From: Vairimorpha necatrix
Taxonomy: Eukaryota
Direction: 5' to 3'
NCBI GenBank assembly: GCA_036630325.1
Contig: CP142729.1
Location: 1,116,001-1,180,000, forward strand
DNA: 64,000 bases
Shown here: positions 1 to 12,781 of the stretch, piece after piece
Position numbering within the stretch: the first letter of the stretch is position 1
How the letters are laid out: each line of letters starts with the position of its first letter
Translations under genes and position numbers: made by a program
The notes under the pieces: model-generated
The model's input: the letters and a program-made list of their open reading frames with translations, nothing else
Told to the model about the DNA's origin: nothing
The model's database searches: none

Positions 1-290
1 TTGTTTGTTTATAAACAAAATTATATATGAAAAAAAATAAAATGCAGGAAATATAATTTGATTATTATTGTTGAGATGCATACTTTGCTGGATATTATGT
101 AATGATTCTTTATTTTGTCCATATATGGTCTAAAGTTTCTACACATACCACGCGATTTGTGTTGTTTGTAAATGATTTTTTGATATTGACAGATTTGTAT
201 TGCTTTTATATTTTTTTTGCTCTATATGACTTTTAATCTCATTTTTTTTCTTGATCTCTCTTTTTTTAGTTATTATTTGTTTTTTATCAA
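1..290 (-). repeat. Inverted copy of the region upstream of the M48 peptidase gene (matches ~39390-39740)
   Basis: The reverse complement shares long collinear blocks with 39390-39740, e.g. aaaatataaaagcaatac(a/g)aatctgtcaata, gaccatatatggacaaaataaag, tacataatatccagcaaagtatgcat and tataattttgtttataaacaaacaa. Confidence 0.85.
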
Positions 291-1204
291 TTATTGTTAA
301 AATTCTCTATTTATTATATATATATACTTTTCACAAAATGTAAAAAAATAAATGTTTCCATATGCTTATTTTCATACTTCGTATAGTTAAAAAAATCTAA
401 TTTTATTTTTTTACTTTGATTTTGTCTTAATATTCTTCTACTATTGTTTATATAAGGCATTTTTATGATATTAGATTTGTTTGTTGCTCATATTAAATTT
501 TTTTAGTACTTTTTTTTAACATTGTAAGGTTTTTTTATTTTACTCCAAGAATATGTTGCAATCTCATATTTACATGTCAGAAAATTCTCAGTCCGCTTAT
601 AATTATTTTTTTTAACAATGATGTTTTTTTTTATCACGTGAATACAATAAACATTTTCTATGGGTTCTTGAATATATGGCAGTATCAAGACCATTTTTAT
701 GCAGTGCGATTTATTCATTTTAAATTTCTTATCTGTTTTTATTTAGTTTTAAGCTTCAATATATATTTTTTATATTACTTTTTATAGTTTGCAAATTTAA
801 TTCTAGTATAAATGTATTAGTCGCAATAAAAAATTTGTTTTTTATAAGATATATTGTAGTTCGACACTATATTCTTTTATAGGTCGAATTTAGTAAAGCG
901 TTATTTTTTAAATTTTTATTGTACAAGCTAATTAAACATGTTTACTTTATTAATAATTGTAATTAAGATTCCGTAGGTATATTTTTTTATATGATCTTAT
1001 ATTAGTCCCAGTGTAATGATTTATTTTTCTAGTAAATATTAAACACAAAATGTATAAAATATTAATTATATTTCCTTAAGCTTTATTAAATACAGGTCTT
1101 AGTTAATATTTAAGTCTTTTTTGTATTTATAACTTTCTTATTATATGTATTTTAACTTTCTTATGTTTTATATATTTATCTCATATAAAATATACTTTCT
1201 AGTA

Positions 1205-4200
1205 TTATGACTCTTTATCTTGAAATATCTCCATGAAGTTATATCCACTATAAAATTCCCCTGGTATTCCCAGTTCCATTTTATATTTCATCTTATCATC
1301 ATATTCTTTTATACTCATATTATAGTTCCATTTCTCTACTGTATAAATATACCCTTCTTCTTTTATATATTTAATATTCCCTTTATTTATATTTATTTCT
1401 TCTGTTACTTTTATTATTAGTGGATCTTGTATTTTATATTTCTCTACTAGTGAGTTTATAATACTTTCTATATTTGTATTTATTATTATTCCTAGTATTT
1501 TATTAGAGATGAAGTCTACTGAGTGGACTTGTACATCTGAAGAGAATTGGGGGAGAAAACACATGGAGATGACGTCAGTGTCTTTTATAAGGAGAGTGAA
1601 AGAAATAGTATTTATATCTGTACATCTCTTGAATATCTTAATAAGATTACGGGGGATTTTTATATACTCATCTGGAATAATGTTATTATTATCTTCATTA
1701 TTATATGTATACTTTGTTTGTTTCTCAATAGTACTTACTTCTTTATTATATTTCTTATTACATATTTCTTCTTCTGTATTATCTTTATTATTATATTTCT
1801 TATTTGTACATATTTCACTTAGATCTCTAGTACATATTTCTTCTTTAATAGTATATTTCTTTTGTAGTAGGTAGTCACTCATTATTAAATATTTCTCTTC
1901 CCATGTATTTCTTCTATATCTTATTTCTTCTCTATTATCACTAAACCCGAATATTATATCTCTTATATCTGTACTCAGTAGTGTATATTTATTTATACAT
2001 TTCTCATTACAGTATTTATTAATTATGAAATCTTTACATTCTTTTTCTATTTTGATCCATTCTTGGTCTGACAAGATTGTATCAAATGAGATGTCTTGAG
2101 ATATTTCAGGGGCCTGGATTAGTAAGACGAGTCTACAGAATTTAGTGAAGGAATTTACCCCGAACCAGTTTTTATATAAATTTATAATAAATGAATCAAC
2201 TATATTATAATCTTGATTATTATTCTTAAATCTCTTACTATCATTATTATAATTCTTATTTTTCTTTTGTATAAGTCGCTCTAAATTGAGTCTGTTCTCA
2301 TATATTTTTATATTTATCTCTTTATATTCTATCATATGACTTTCTACCCCATCATATAAATCTCTTCTTACCAGTAAATTACTCTTCTTAAGTATCTTAC
2401 TCAATTCTAATACTATCTCCCCCGCTTTATATTTCTTATCTCTGTTTTTATTCCCTTCTATCTTTTTTATATACAAGTTCCCTGTCTCCGGGTCTAATAT
2501 CAAGAGTGTATTCTTATTGTATAAGATCTTATCTTCTACTATGAGAGACGAGTGATACATTTCCTTAGAAGAGACTACTGTCTCTATTTCTGGAGTGTAG
2601 AGGTCTAAAGCGCTTCTTATTCTTTCTCTTAAGATATGTAGACTTGTATTATTCTTAAGAATAATATTAAGAATATCTTTAAGATATTTAATATAATCAC
2701 AATAATCTAGTCTATTTGAATTATCTAATTTTTTGGAGTTATCTAGTCTATTTATATTATCTAATCTACAATCTAGTATATTTGAATTATATAAGCCTAC
2801 TGTATTATAACATAAATCAAATACAATCATAATACCATCTTTATCATCTATACTTGTCAATTTCTCATAATACTTAACTTTCGCATATTTATATGTGTCA
2901 TGTTTATTATAATTCCCCCATCTTAATTCGACATCTATCCACATCTTCTTTTTCTTATTAAAATTCCCTATTAGTTCATTTCCTTTACATTCACAATATT
3001 TACTCATCATTCTCATTATATCTTCCATTATACTTTGTTTGATTTTATCCCATAAATTATTCCTGAATATTTGTATAAATGATATCTTTAATGTTGGTAA
3101 TTTCCCATACATATTTATCTTAGTCTTGTCTATTTGACTTTCATAACCTACATACACTTCACTAGTGTTTATAGTGGGAGACCACCATAAAATGAATCTT
3201 CTGTTTGGGATTTTTGATAGACCAGATTTTTGAGCTTTAGTCATTTTTAGATTTGGAGATTTTTCATGCCAAAATAATTTTGAGAATTCTTTTAAACCGA
3301 CCGCATAAAATAGAGTATGATATTTTATATTATTTGTCGTGTATGAATTAATATTATTTGTTGAGGATGACAAGGACGTCTCTATTTTATTCGTGCATGA
3401 TGAATTATTCGTCAAGGTTGAATTTGTCGAGATTGAATTCGTAGTGTATGAATTATTCAAGCATGAATTATTTAAATTTGTCGAGATTAAATTTCCCATA
3501 CCCCCGTAATAAATAAGTAGATTATTATTATACTCTTCTAAATTATAAAGTTTCCCATCATGTACCAAATTTGTATAAATAAATGGGTCATATTTCGGAC
3601 TTATATATTTTCTGAATTCTGCTTGTAATCTGAAGTCTCTGTCGAAATATGAAGATTTATCTTTTTGAAGTAAAGTAGACATTCTTGGGAGACCTTTTTC
3701 AGGGTGAATTTTCTGAGATTTATAGAAGTCTCTCCATACGAGATCTGATTCCTTAAATTCGTCCTTCCATGATTTTATATAAGATCTAATATCGAATTCA
3801 TTTGTGTTTAATTTATTTATGTTCATGCTTGAATTTGATTCTTTTGAATTATTTATGTTCATGCTTGAATTTGTATTTGATTTATTTAATACATTTAAAT
3901 TTAATACATCTTTCTTTTCATCTTTATTATGACATATAGAGTACATGTTCAGTCCCCCATATTCCTTAGGAGCATAAAAGATTATCTCTGGAAATCTCAC
4001 TGGCATTTTACTATTTATTCCTTTTTTAATTTGATCTTGTATTTTATACTCATATTTCTTTATTTCTTCTATATCTTCTTCTCTTATATATTCCCTGTAT
4101 CTTGTTATAAATCCCAGTAGAGTATTATTCCACTTATTTATTGTTTTTATAAATGTACTCTGAGTACTGAGTCTTATTATTTGATTTATTCTACTTTTAA

Positions 4201-7053
4201 ATATTTCAAGAGTTCTTTCCGTGAGTGAGTATTCTATATTATATTTATGCATATTATGCATATTATACATATGTTCTTTTTTATTTTTATTATGCATTTG
4301 TTCTTGTTTATTTATGCAGACTTGTACTCCCGCATACTCAAATTTAATATTCCCAAAATTACTCTCTATATTATTACTCTCTATATTATTACTCTCTATA
4401 TTATTACTCTCAAATTTAATATTCCCAATATTAATCTTCTCTATGTTTATTTGTCCTATACTCCTTGGTAATCTTCTTCTTATATTGTCTTCTTCTTCTT
4501 CTTTATTATTCTTCATTATATAAAATCTGTTCATGTTTCTTATTAATATTCCTTTTCTTCCAAATACTACTAAGTCTATTACTAAAGTATAGAATTTATA
4601 AATAAATGCACTAAATTGAAATCCCTTAAGAAATCCCAAGTGATTTATAAAGGACATGTCTTTATAGAAGATCTTTATATTATTCCTACTTATCATGTAG
4701 TCTACTAGAGAAGGATCAATGAAGATCTTCAATAGTCTAGAGAGGAGATTATTATCAATATTCATCATGAGATCTGAGTAAGATCCGACTATTAAATATT
4801 TATTATTATAAATATTCTTATTATCTTGTATGGATTTGTCTTGTATTGATTTAGGCAAATTTGATAAATTTGATTCATGCAAATCTAAATTATTCAAATT
4901 TGTTTTATGCAAATTTGTTTCATGCAAATTTGATTCATGCAAATCTAAATTAGATAAATTTGATTCATGCAAATCTAAATTAGATAAATTTGATAATGTA
5001 ATTTCTTGGAGATCTCGCATCTCTAGATTATTCCCAGGCTTGATATATTCAGGCCATATCTTCTCACTCTCATAAAATAAATATGTACTCAAATATTGAT
5101 CACTAAGTCTCTCTATATAATTCACTTTATAATTACAAATATACTCCCCATAATTATAAACTATTTTGCATTCTACATCTCTAAACTTCCTCTGAGTCAG
5201 AAGATTCTTCTGTATCTGGAAAATATAATAACTGGGATTTAAGAGTACTTTATTATAGAAATCTCTCTCTTCTTCATTAGCAGTCATATTTAGAATATTA
5301 ATACTTATATTTAGTAAGTTTATATTTGTATCAGGAAAGGGTATCTTTTTTTTATTCTTGAAATATTTATAGGTTTCTTTGAATAACCTGCGGCTTCTAA
5401 AGAAGACAAAGATAAATTTAAAAGATAAGATTTCTGACGAAATATTTCTTCCTTAAAAAATAAGCGAGTTAATTTCCCCAAAAATTTAGAAAGAACTTTC
5501 TTACTTAATTTCTTACTTGTATTCTTACTTAAGTTAGAATAATTAATGACTTGATTAATGTACCAATGACTTTTTATATTTACATATTTCTTAATAAATA
5601 TATTTAACTTACTATCAAATTCTATACTATTATAGATAATATATTCTTGATTAGATTTCCATGATCTCCAGGATTCATTAAAATGTCGTAATATCATCTT
5701 TATTTGTCCTCTACTATATTCCCCTTCTAATTCATCTATCATCTTCTCTTTTATCTCTATATCAAATTCACTCTCTTTCCTCTGCTTAGTAATCTTCTTC
5801 TCTCTGTATTCCCTGCCATTTATTATTCTATCTGTCAGATTACTAATATACTTCTTTAATAAAGAATTATACCCTCTAGTCATGAAGACATACCTTCTCC
5901 AGAGATCTGGCCAACATGAGGAGAGACCTTCTACATCTTTATTGATTTTTATTTGTTTCATTATTTTGTATTTATATCTATAAATACCAGTGTAGATACC
6001 AACTCTACTAAATAAATCCCACATATTTAAACATAATTTGACATCTACACTATTTATATTATGTAAGTTTATTTTATCTATGTTACTACCTCTTTCTACA
6101 TCTTGAAGATGTAAATCACTTATAAATTTAAGAAGTTTTAATAATTCTCTTGTTAAATGGAAAGAAGTCCCCAATCGGGACTTCTTTCTTTGTTTCGTAT
6201 TCATATTCCCTGTATTTTTAAGATTAAAATTCTTATCTAAAAATATAAAAGGCAATTTCTTCCTTTTTAATATCTCTGATAAAATACTGTGTCCTTGATT
6301 TAAAATAATCAAGGAAATCTCAGGCCAGGACATTTGTGTAGTCTGGAAAAAACGAGTGTTTTTTAAATGTCTCAAAATATTTGAACATCTTTTGGATTTT
6401 CTGGGACTTTTTAAATTTAATTTGGTATTTTTTAATAAGTGGAATGTAGTGGAAGTAGGTGGTAAATGAAGGGGGATGTCATAATAATTAAACTTCTTAG
6501 AATTCTTATTTTCCAAATCTTTATTCAATATATCAGAATAATACTCTTTTATAGAATCATCTTCTATAGTAGATGATTCTATAATATTAGATTTATCATC
6601 TACTATAATATTAGATTTATTAGATTTATCATCTACTATAATATTAGATTTATTATGTTTTATAGAATTAATAAATTCATTAATATCATAATTAATAAAT
6701 TCATTTATATCATAATTATTAAATTCAATACTATCATTATTATTTTCTTCTCCATATACTGGATATTGATACTCAGGATTATCTTTCTTAAACTCTTCTA
6801 CTTTTTTACTTATCTCATCCCATCTTCTCATATATTCATACTTGGTCATCTTAGGCTTACTAAGTACAAAACTTATACTCCCATTTATATGGTAAAGAAC
6901 TTTATACTTCTTATTATATTCCCAGGGCATGGGAATAGATCTAAGTAAAGTGTGTATAGATAAAGGGAGATATTTAAAACAGCCTGGGGAAATATTAAGA
7001 GGGGATTTCATGAGGGATCTTAAGTGTTCAACAGGCATATCAAACTTCTTCAT
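1205..7053 (-). CDS. PRP8: Pre-mRNA splicing factor Prp8, one gene broken by a single frameshift at ~5320-5450
   Basis: Prp8 motifs in both ORFs: MPVEHLR, PMPWE, FFQTTQMSW, DKNFNLK, RKKSRLGTSFHLTRE, TGIYRYKYKIMKQI; then LLTQRKF, KGINSKMPVRFP, IPNRRFILWWSPTIN, GKLPTLKISFIQIFR, LRWGNY, LRERIR. ATG at 7053 follows a CCCC motif. The second frame is open upstream of 5287 and reads KKKIPFPDTNINLL, matching the Prp8 IPFP segment. Confidence 0.93.
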
Positions 7054-7579
7054 AATAAAATAATGGGGCAAAAAAAAACATGAGATAAAAATTCAAGAAT
7101 AAATTCAAATATTAAATGTATTTTGGTATTCACAGTGGAAATGTCACGACTCTAAGTCCACGCGGGAAAAGAAACTTGTGTAATATTAGAAAGAGGGTAG
7201 ATTATCACAATAAACTCAGTATGCGATAAATATGATCATATAGTACTCAAATTTATAAATTACACTCATTATTTATCACATATTTATAAACGCCCAGATG
7301 ATGTGCTAGTTCTTTATGTATCAACATATTACAATTTGTCATATGTAACTACGGGGATCATCAGAATCACAAATATAAATTTTCCATAATAAAATCTAGA
7401 TTGCTTTTATTCTACTTTTATTTCCCGACAAAATGCACAATTTAAGAATATTTTAGATTTACAATCTTCTAATAAGAAGTCTAACTTAGAGACCTTTTTG
7501 ATCTTTGGGTGTGTATAACATTAAATCAACTCTAAATATTGTTAATACACTTCTGTTTATTATTAAATAATTTTGAATT

Positions 7580-8357
7580 TTGAGCAAGAGGTAGGGGGGA
7601 ACAGTGAGATTAAGATATAAGTTCATTCTAACTGGTACTGTGAGATTCTTACACACTGAAACACCCTTATATAACTTGTCTGTCCATACAGTTCAGCTGT
7701 ATCCATTGGATTTTGGCTCCTAAGAACACTTTATACCCCAGATCAAGTCCAGGGGGACTCTGACGGATATATATATAACAGGCATGGTTCATCGTATTGA
7801 CTCAAAGATCCCTTCAGTACTTTTCGTACACAGACGTAATGCCTTGCCGGAAATTTCACTGGACTTTGTTGGCCACCATGTCACAGAATCTTGTAATAGG
7901 GTCCTAAGATCTTCTAAATTGGTTTCAAGATCTTCTATTAGGGTCCCATGATCTTCTAATAGGACCCCAAGATCTTCTAATAGGGTCCCAAGATCTTTCA
8001 ATAGAGTCTTAAAATCTTTCAATAGAGTCTTAAAATCTTCTAATAGAGTCCCAAGATCTTCTAATAGGACCCCAAGATCTTCTATTGTCCTACTTCGTCT
8101 AGTCTCTTAGTCAGCTCTAACTAGCCGTGTCCATTAGATACTTTTATGTATCATTTAAGTCACCATGAGGTAGATATTCTTTTTTGGCCTTGAGTGCGTT
8201 TCTACACTAGTTATGACTAAATGTTTTTTATTTAATGATTATCGTGGACATTTTCATCATCTGTGTTGTTCAATCTACATCATAGAAAGTAGAAACAATT
8301 TTGGGGACTCTAAGATTCAGATCCAGGCATTGCATTCTACCACTCGGCTAGGCCCCC
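7580..8357 (-). mobile_element. Dispersed repeat copy 1, tRNA-headed putative SINE
   Basis: Begins GGGGGCCTAGCCGAGTGGTAG...GGATCTGAATCTTAGAGTCCCC (A-box, B-box-like motif, GGGGGC/GTCCCC stem). The body is collinear with 11370-12080, 52306-53030 and ~57990-58660. The distal end is approximate. Confidence 0.6.
7897..8085. repeat. 21-bp minisatellite, 9 copies (consensus tagggtcccaagatcttctaa)
   Basis: Directly visible tandem units inside repeat copy 1. They explain the LEDLGTL heptad ORF 7789-8022. Confidence 0.9.
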
Positions 8358-8472
8358 TTCAATGTTTATGCTCTTTTATTTTTACTTTGTTTATGCTCCA
8401 TTTTTACTTTCTTTGTTTATGCTCCATTTTGTTTTATTTTATTTTATTTTGTTTTGTTTTTAAATATCCCCA

Positions 8473-9501
8473 ATGATTTCTCTTACTACAACTGAAAAAC
8501 TTCTCATTGCCACTGCTTACGATTTATACGGCGAATCAAACAATTCACAAATTTCTAAATTCCTAAAACACAATAATATTTTCTTCGAAAATATTCCAGA
8601 TCTTTACCACATAATAAAAAAAGAATCTTTTCAAAATGGTTACTCATCCCCAAGAGATTATTGTCAAGATTTAAGATCTCAAAAAGCAATTTGCGAATAT
8701 GAAAAATATAAAAATTTAATCTACGCCGTCTTAGAAAACAAAATAAATTTATCAAATTTCAATATCCCAGAATTTGAAATTATAAATCTCGGTCAAGAAA
8801 CTTCTTTATTCAAAAAGTATATTAAAGAATCTTTAGATACAAATTTCCTTACTGATTCTTTATTAAACCAAGAAATAAAAATTAATGATGTCCCACAAAT
8901 AGAACCCAAAAATATAAATAAAAATATAAAAATTAAAATAGATTCACCTAAGAATATTAAAGATAAAAAGAGATTTTATATAAGAATGGATGAAGAAGAA
9001 AAGATTATTGATGATTATTTTGATTATCTTGATGTTAAAAATTTAGAAGGTACAAAATTAGAAATTAATAAAATTAATAAGAATTTATTATTAGAAAATC
9101 ATCCACTTATAAATAAAATTAGAGAAAAAAAAGATAAAATTAATAAAGTTAAGATATTTACAGATGAGAATATTAAAAGAGAGAAGATTGAAGAGATACA
9201 AAGTCCTTTTGATAATTTGATGTATAAAATTCAGAATACAAAGAAGTTAGAGAAAGATAAGACGAATTGGAAAAATGAATTAAAAATCATTTTAGATCAT
9301 TTTAGTCCCATTTTTGGGAGAAATGGGAATTTTATTCCCATTTATGAGAATTTAGAGTTTTCTAATCTTCAGCAGACGATAATGGCAGTTATGTTGATAA
9401 TTCAAGATACAATGATACTAGAGGAAGATGAGGAGAGACTAGAAATGTGTAGTGAATATAAAAAGAAACTTGGATCATATGCTGATTATTACAAGAAATA
9501 A
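8473..9501 (+). CDS. Hypothetical protein with a possible N-terminal SANT/Myb-like helix-turn-helix
   Basis: 342-aa ORF with CCCC immediately before the ATG. The N-terminus LTTTEKLLIATAYDLYGESNNSQISKFLK fits a SANT-like pattern; the product call is tentative. Confidence 0.7.
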   Translation: MISLTTTEKLLIATAYDLYGESNNSQISKFLKHNNIFFENIPDLYHIIKKESFQNGYSSPRDYCQDLRSQKAICEYEKYKNLIYAVLENKINLSNFNIPEFEIINLGQETSLFKKYIKESLDTNFLTDSLLNQEIKINDVPQIEPKNINKNIKIKIDSPKNIKDKKRFYIRMDEEEKIIDDYFDYLDVKNLEGTKLEINKINKNLLLENHPLINKIREKKDKINKVKIFTDENIKREKIEEIQSPFDNLMYKIQNTKKLEKDKTNWKNELKIILDHFSPIFGRNGNFIPIYENLEFSNLQQTIMAVMLIIQDTMILEEDEERLEMCSEYKKKLGSYADYYKK

Positions 9502-9720
9502 AACTTAAATAAGTCATTGTACTATATATTATTTGTATTATAGATTTGGAAATTTGTATTTGTATTATATGTTTGTATTGTATTATGTATTATAAATTTG
9601 TAGATTTACTTAAACATACTTTTACATACTTTTACTTATCTACTTTTTACATACTTTAACATACTTTTTTATCTACTTTTTATCTACTTATTAGTGCTTC
9701 TTTTTCTTTACCCCCTTTTT

Positions 9721-10446
9721 ATGTCACATAGGATAGATATAGAATGTAACTCAGAAGTGGGTGCCTACTTGTCTCTCACTAATAATTACTGTCTAGTAGG
9801 AGAACTTAGATCTAAAAACACTCTAAAATATTTACTAGAAAACTTAGACATGCCTGTAGTGGAGACAAAGATAAATGGTATCCCCATGGTGGGCTCAATG
9901 ACTAGAGGTAATAAAAATGGCCTCTTAGTCCCAAGTACCACTTCAGACCAGGAATTGTACCACATTCGTAATTCTCTCCCAGAAAATGTACTAGTAAAAA
10001 GAATAAATGAGAGACTTAATGCCTTAGGGAATGTAGTCCTCTGTAATGACAATATTTGTATAATCCACGCCGATGTAGACAGAGAAACAGAAGAAGAAAT
10101 CCAAGACATTTTGAAAGTACAAGTCTACAGGCAGAATATCGGGAATGAGTCACTAGTAGGGAAATATGCAGCACTGAATAATCAAGGTATGCTTGTCCAC
10201 CCAGACACATTTGAAGAGAGCATGAAAGAACTTACAGAATTATTGGAGGTGAATGTCATCGCCGGCACCGTCAACTCGGGAATCTCTCGGATTGGAGGGG
10301 GACTTGTGGTGAATGACTGGACCTGCTTCGCAGGAAGAAAGACGAGTAATATAGAAATGTCAGTGATAGAAAGTGTATTCGAATTGGGAGAAGATATAGA
10401 TTTAGAAGGAAAAAAGAAATTTATTATTGATGAGATAATACAATAA
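9721..10446 (+). CDS. TIF6: Translation initiation factor eIF6
   Basis: Motifs EVGAYLSLTNNYCLVG, GNKNGLLVP, LYHIRNSLP, ERLNALGNVVLCND, GMLVHP, AGTVN, VVNDW. The likely start is ATG 9721 after CCCCCC, not the GTG at 9694. Confidence 0.96.
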   Translation: MSHRIDIECNSEVGAYLSLTNNYCLVGELRSKNTLKYLLENLDMPVVETKINGIPMVGSMTRGNKNGLLVPSTTSDQELYHIRNSLPENVLVKRINERLNALGNVVLCNDNICIIHADVDRETEEEIQDILKVQVYRQNIGNESLVGKYAALNNQGMLVHPDTFEESMKELTELLEVNVIAGTVNSGISRIGGGLVVNDWTCFAGRKTSNIEMSVIESVFELGEDIDLEGKKKFIIDEIIQ

Positions 10447-11369
10447 ACTAATAAAAAGAAATATTATTTTTATAAACAAATTTATAGTGCATTTATTATA
10501 AGCTAGAATATGTAAAATATATTGTAAATGGAACCTAAACAAATATATTAAGCATAATAATTTATTGTTATAAAAAAATATATTAAGATGGATACACAAT
10601 TAACTTATTAAAATAAGTCATAATACGAAAATAAGTGTAATTATCATGAAAATGTGCATTTCTTTTGGACTTATTGACAAACTGCAAATAATATTTAAAA
10701 AGGTTTATTGTGGCGGGAGTTAAGTAATAAAATAACCAACTGTAGATATTTTATAATAGTACTAGAAAAATAGATTTACTGGGATATTAAAGATCTTTAG
10801 TGCTATCAAATAAGAAAATAGTAGCAAGAGTAAACACTGAAATAAAAAGAGAAAACAAAGATGCGCAAGAATAAATTTAAAAGATAAAATATTAATTGAA
10901 TTATTCGTGAGCATTTAATCAACTATGTAGAGAGCACATATTTGGAACTTAGAAGTCTCGATTTTAATATCCAACCTGATTACTTAGCTACCAAATAAAT
11001 TTACAGCTTGAACTTTAAAATTCATTGTCAAATCTCGAAATGGGATACACATAGATTGAAATGTACTGTTATCTGCAAGACTTTAAATGAGTCTAAAAAC
11101 AGAAAAGTAGAGCGAATATGATATGCCCAACAAATAATACTTGAAAATGGAATCATTTTATATCTAAGAGATAACTCATAAAAATCATAAAGCACAGCAT
11201 AAAAAAAGACATTGGACTGTTGGAAGTCGGGGGAAATATTATAGTGTGCATGGAAGTATTATAAACCTAATTGATTCAATGATACATTTAGAAGATCCAA
11301 AGAAATTCATTGATTATTATTATAGTATACTGCTACATACATTTTGACGAAATATAATTTTTCCCCCCT

Positions 11370-12080
11370 ACAAGCAAGCGATAAACTTAAGAGGAACTCA
11401 GAAATAATTTGCATGTGATTTTTATCAACTGATACTGTGAAATTCTTACTTACTAAAACACTCAGAATAACTTGCAGGTACTGCAAGCTCAGTCGTATCC
11501 ATTGGACACTAATATGGGGAAAATTTCAGTTTAATCTCGAATCGCGCCAAAAAACACAGGTATATATATATATAGAGAGAACAGAAATAGTTTTAAATAT
11601 AGAAGAGATACATTATCGTACTGACTCAAAGGTCCAACGACCATCTGCATCCCCAAGCGCATTCTCTTTGCCGAAATTTAATCGAAACATTGAACATTAG
11701 TCTCCCACAAATTTAACACGTGCTACCAAATCAGCAAGGTCAACCCCCTTGAGACCATCTATTGTTCTACTTCGTCGGCCATTAGATCGACCTTATGATG
11801 CTCCGGCCATGGTCTTTAACTAGCCCAACACAGCAAATATTTAATGTATCGACAAGATAACCCAGGGCTAATCACGTTTCGGCCTTAAAGATGTGTATAA
11901 ACTAGTTTGTGAATTCCATGTTTGTTTGACACATACAAGTTTCATTGAATAAACTTATTTTTTATTGGTGTTATTGTTCATCTGAGTTGTTCAAGTATAA
12001 ATAGAAACTTTTAGAGCCCTGGATTTGAACTCGGCCACGAACAACGAACAAGCTCTGTCTTCGGCCGCATAGTCTACGGG
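11370..12080 (-). mobile_element. Dispersed repeat copy 2, tRNA-headed putative SINE
   Basis: Head contains a canonical B-box GAGTTCAAATCC. Shares blocks with copy 1 on the + strand: tactgtga(a/g)attcttac, gtatccattgga, atcgta(c/t)tgactcaaag, tctattgt(t/c)ctacttcgtc, catctg(a/t)gttgttcaa. Confidence 0.65.
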
Positions 12081-12781
12081 AAATGTTTTCATTTGGAATT
12101 GCATTAAAAGACTATGAACCATGTAGATATTAAGTCGAAACGAATGTGTAATGTTTGATTATATAAAAGACACAATAAAATTTTAAATGTAATTAACCTC
12201 TTATTATGCCTATTTATGATATTACGAGTCAAAAGAACATGTGAAATTGAGAATTTCAACAAATATTCAATAAATCTTAATAAGACTATAATTTTTGTGC
12301 TTGATAGAATAAAAGAAATATACAATAGTAGAAGTTAAATAAACCTAAGTTGATTTCTTACAGTCGAGAATCAAAAGATTGATCTTATTTTTACCTTGTA
12401 GATGTAACACAATTCCGGACATAATATTTCTTTGTGTGATGATATGGAGCAATATAATGACTCACATAACTGCAAGTAAATTAGAGATGACATTATTCAT
12501 TTAAGCATAGCCAGTTTTTTTACCAAAGATGTCTCTAAAGTCCAATTTATAAAACAGAGGAAGAATATACGAATAGGAAGAACATAAATTTAAATGGACA
12601 ATTCCACGGGGGTCAACATTATAAGTGATAATACAATTAAAATCGACAAAATAAATGACTCTGCTATAAAAAGACACAAACTAATTATTTTATCGCCAAA
12701 ACATAAAGTTACAACATGTTTTTTTTAAAATGACAAGTGTTCACTACGAATTTGTGTAAAATAACATTCTCTTTTATTTAT

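Noticed and set aside
4850-4995. Intein in Prp8
   Set aside because: The insertions are low-complexity tandem repeats without C/S...HN splicing motifs or LAGLIDADG blocks.
1220-5075. Plus-strand ORFs overlapping PRP8, and similar antisense ORFs over eIF6, the pol genes, TK, NOP58 and the LINE
   Set aside because: They are shadows of real opposite-strand genes, with no motifs or CCC-ATG context.
7897-8085. CRISPR-like array (also the 17026-17187 repeats)
   Set aside because: The units are contiguous with no unique spacers, there are no cas genes, and the context is eukaryotic.
8303-8357. Functional tRNA genes at the repeat heads (also 12013-12080 and 52306-52372)
   Set aside because: No complete cloverleaf: the anticodon arm is missing or unpaired. 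Treated as tRNA-derived heads.
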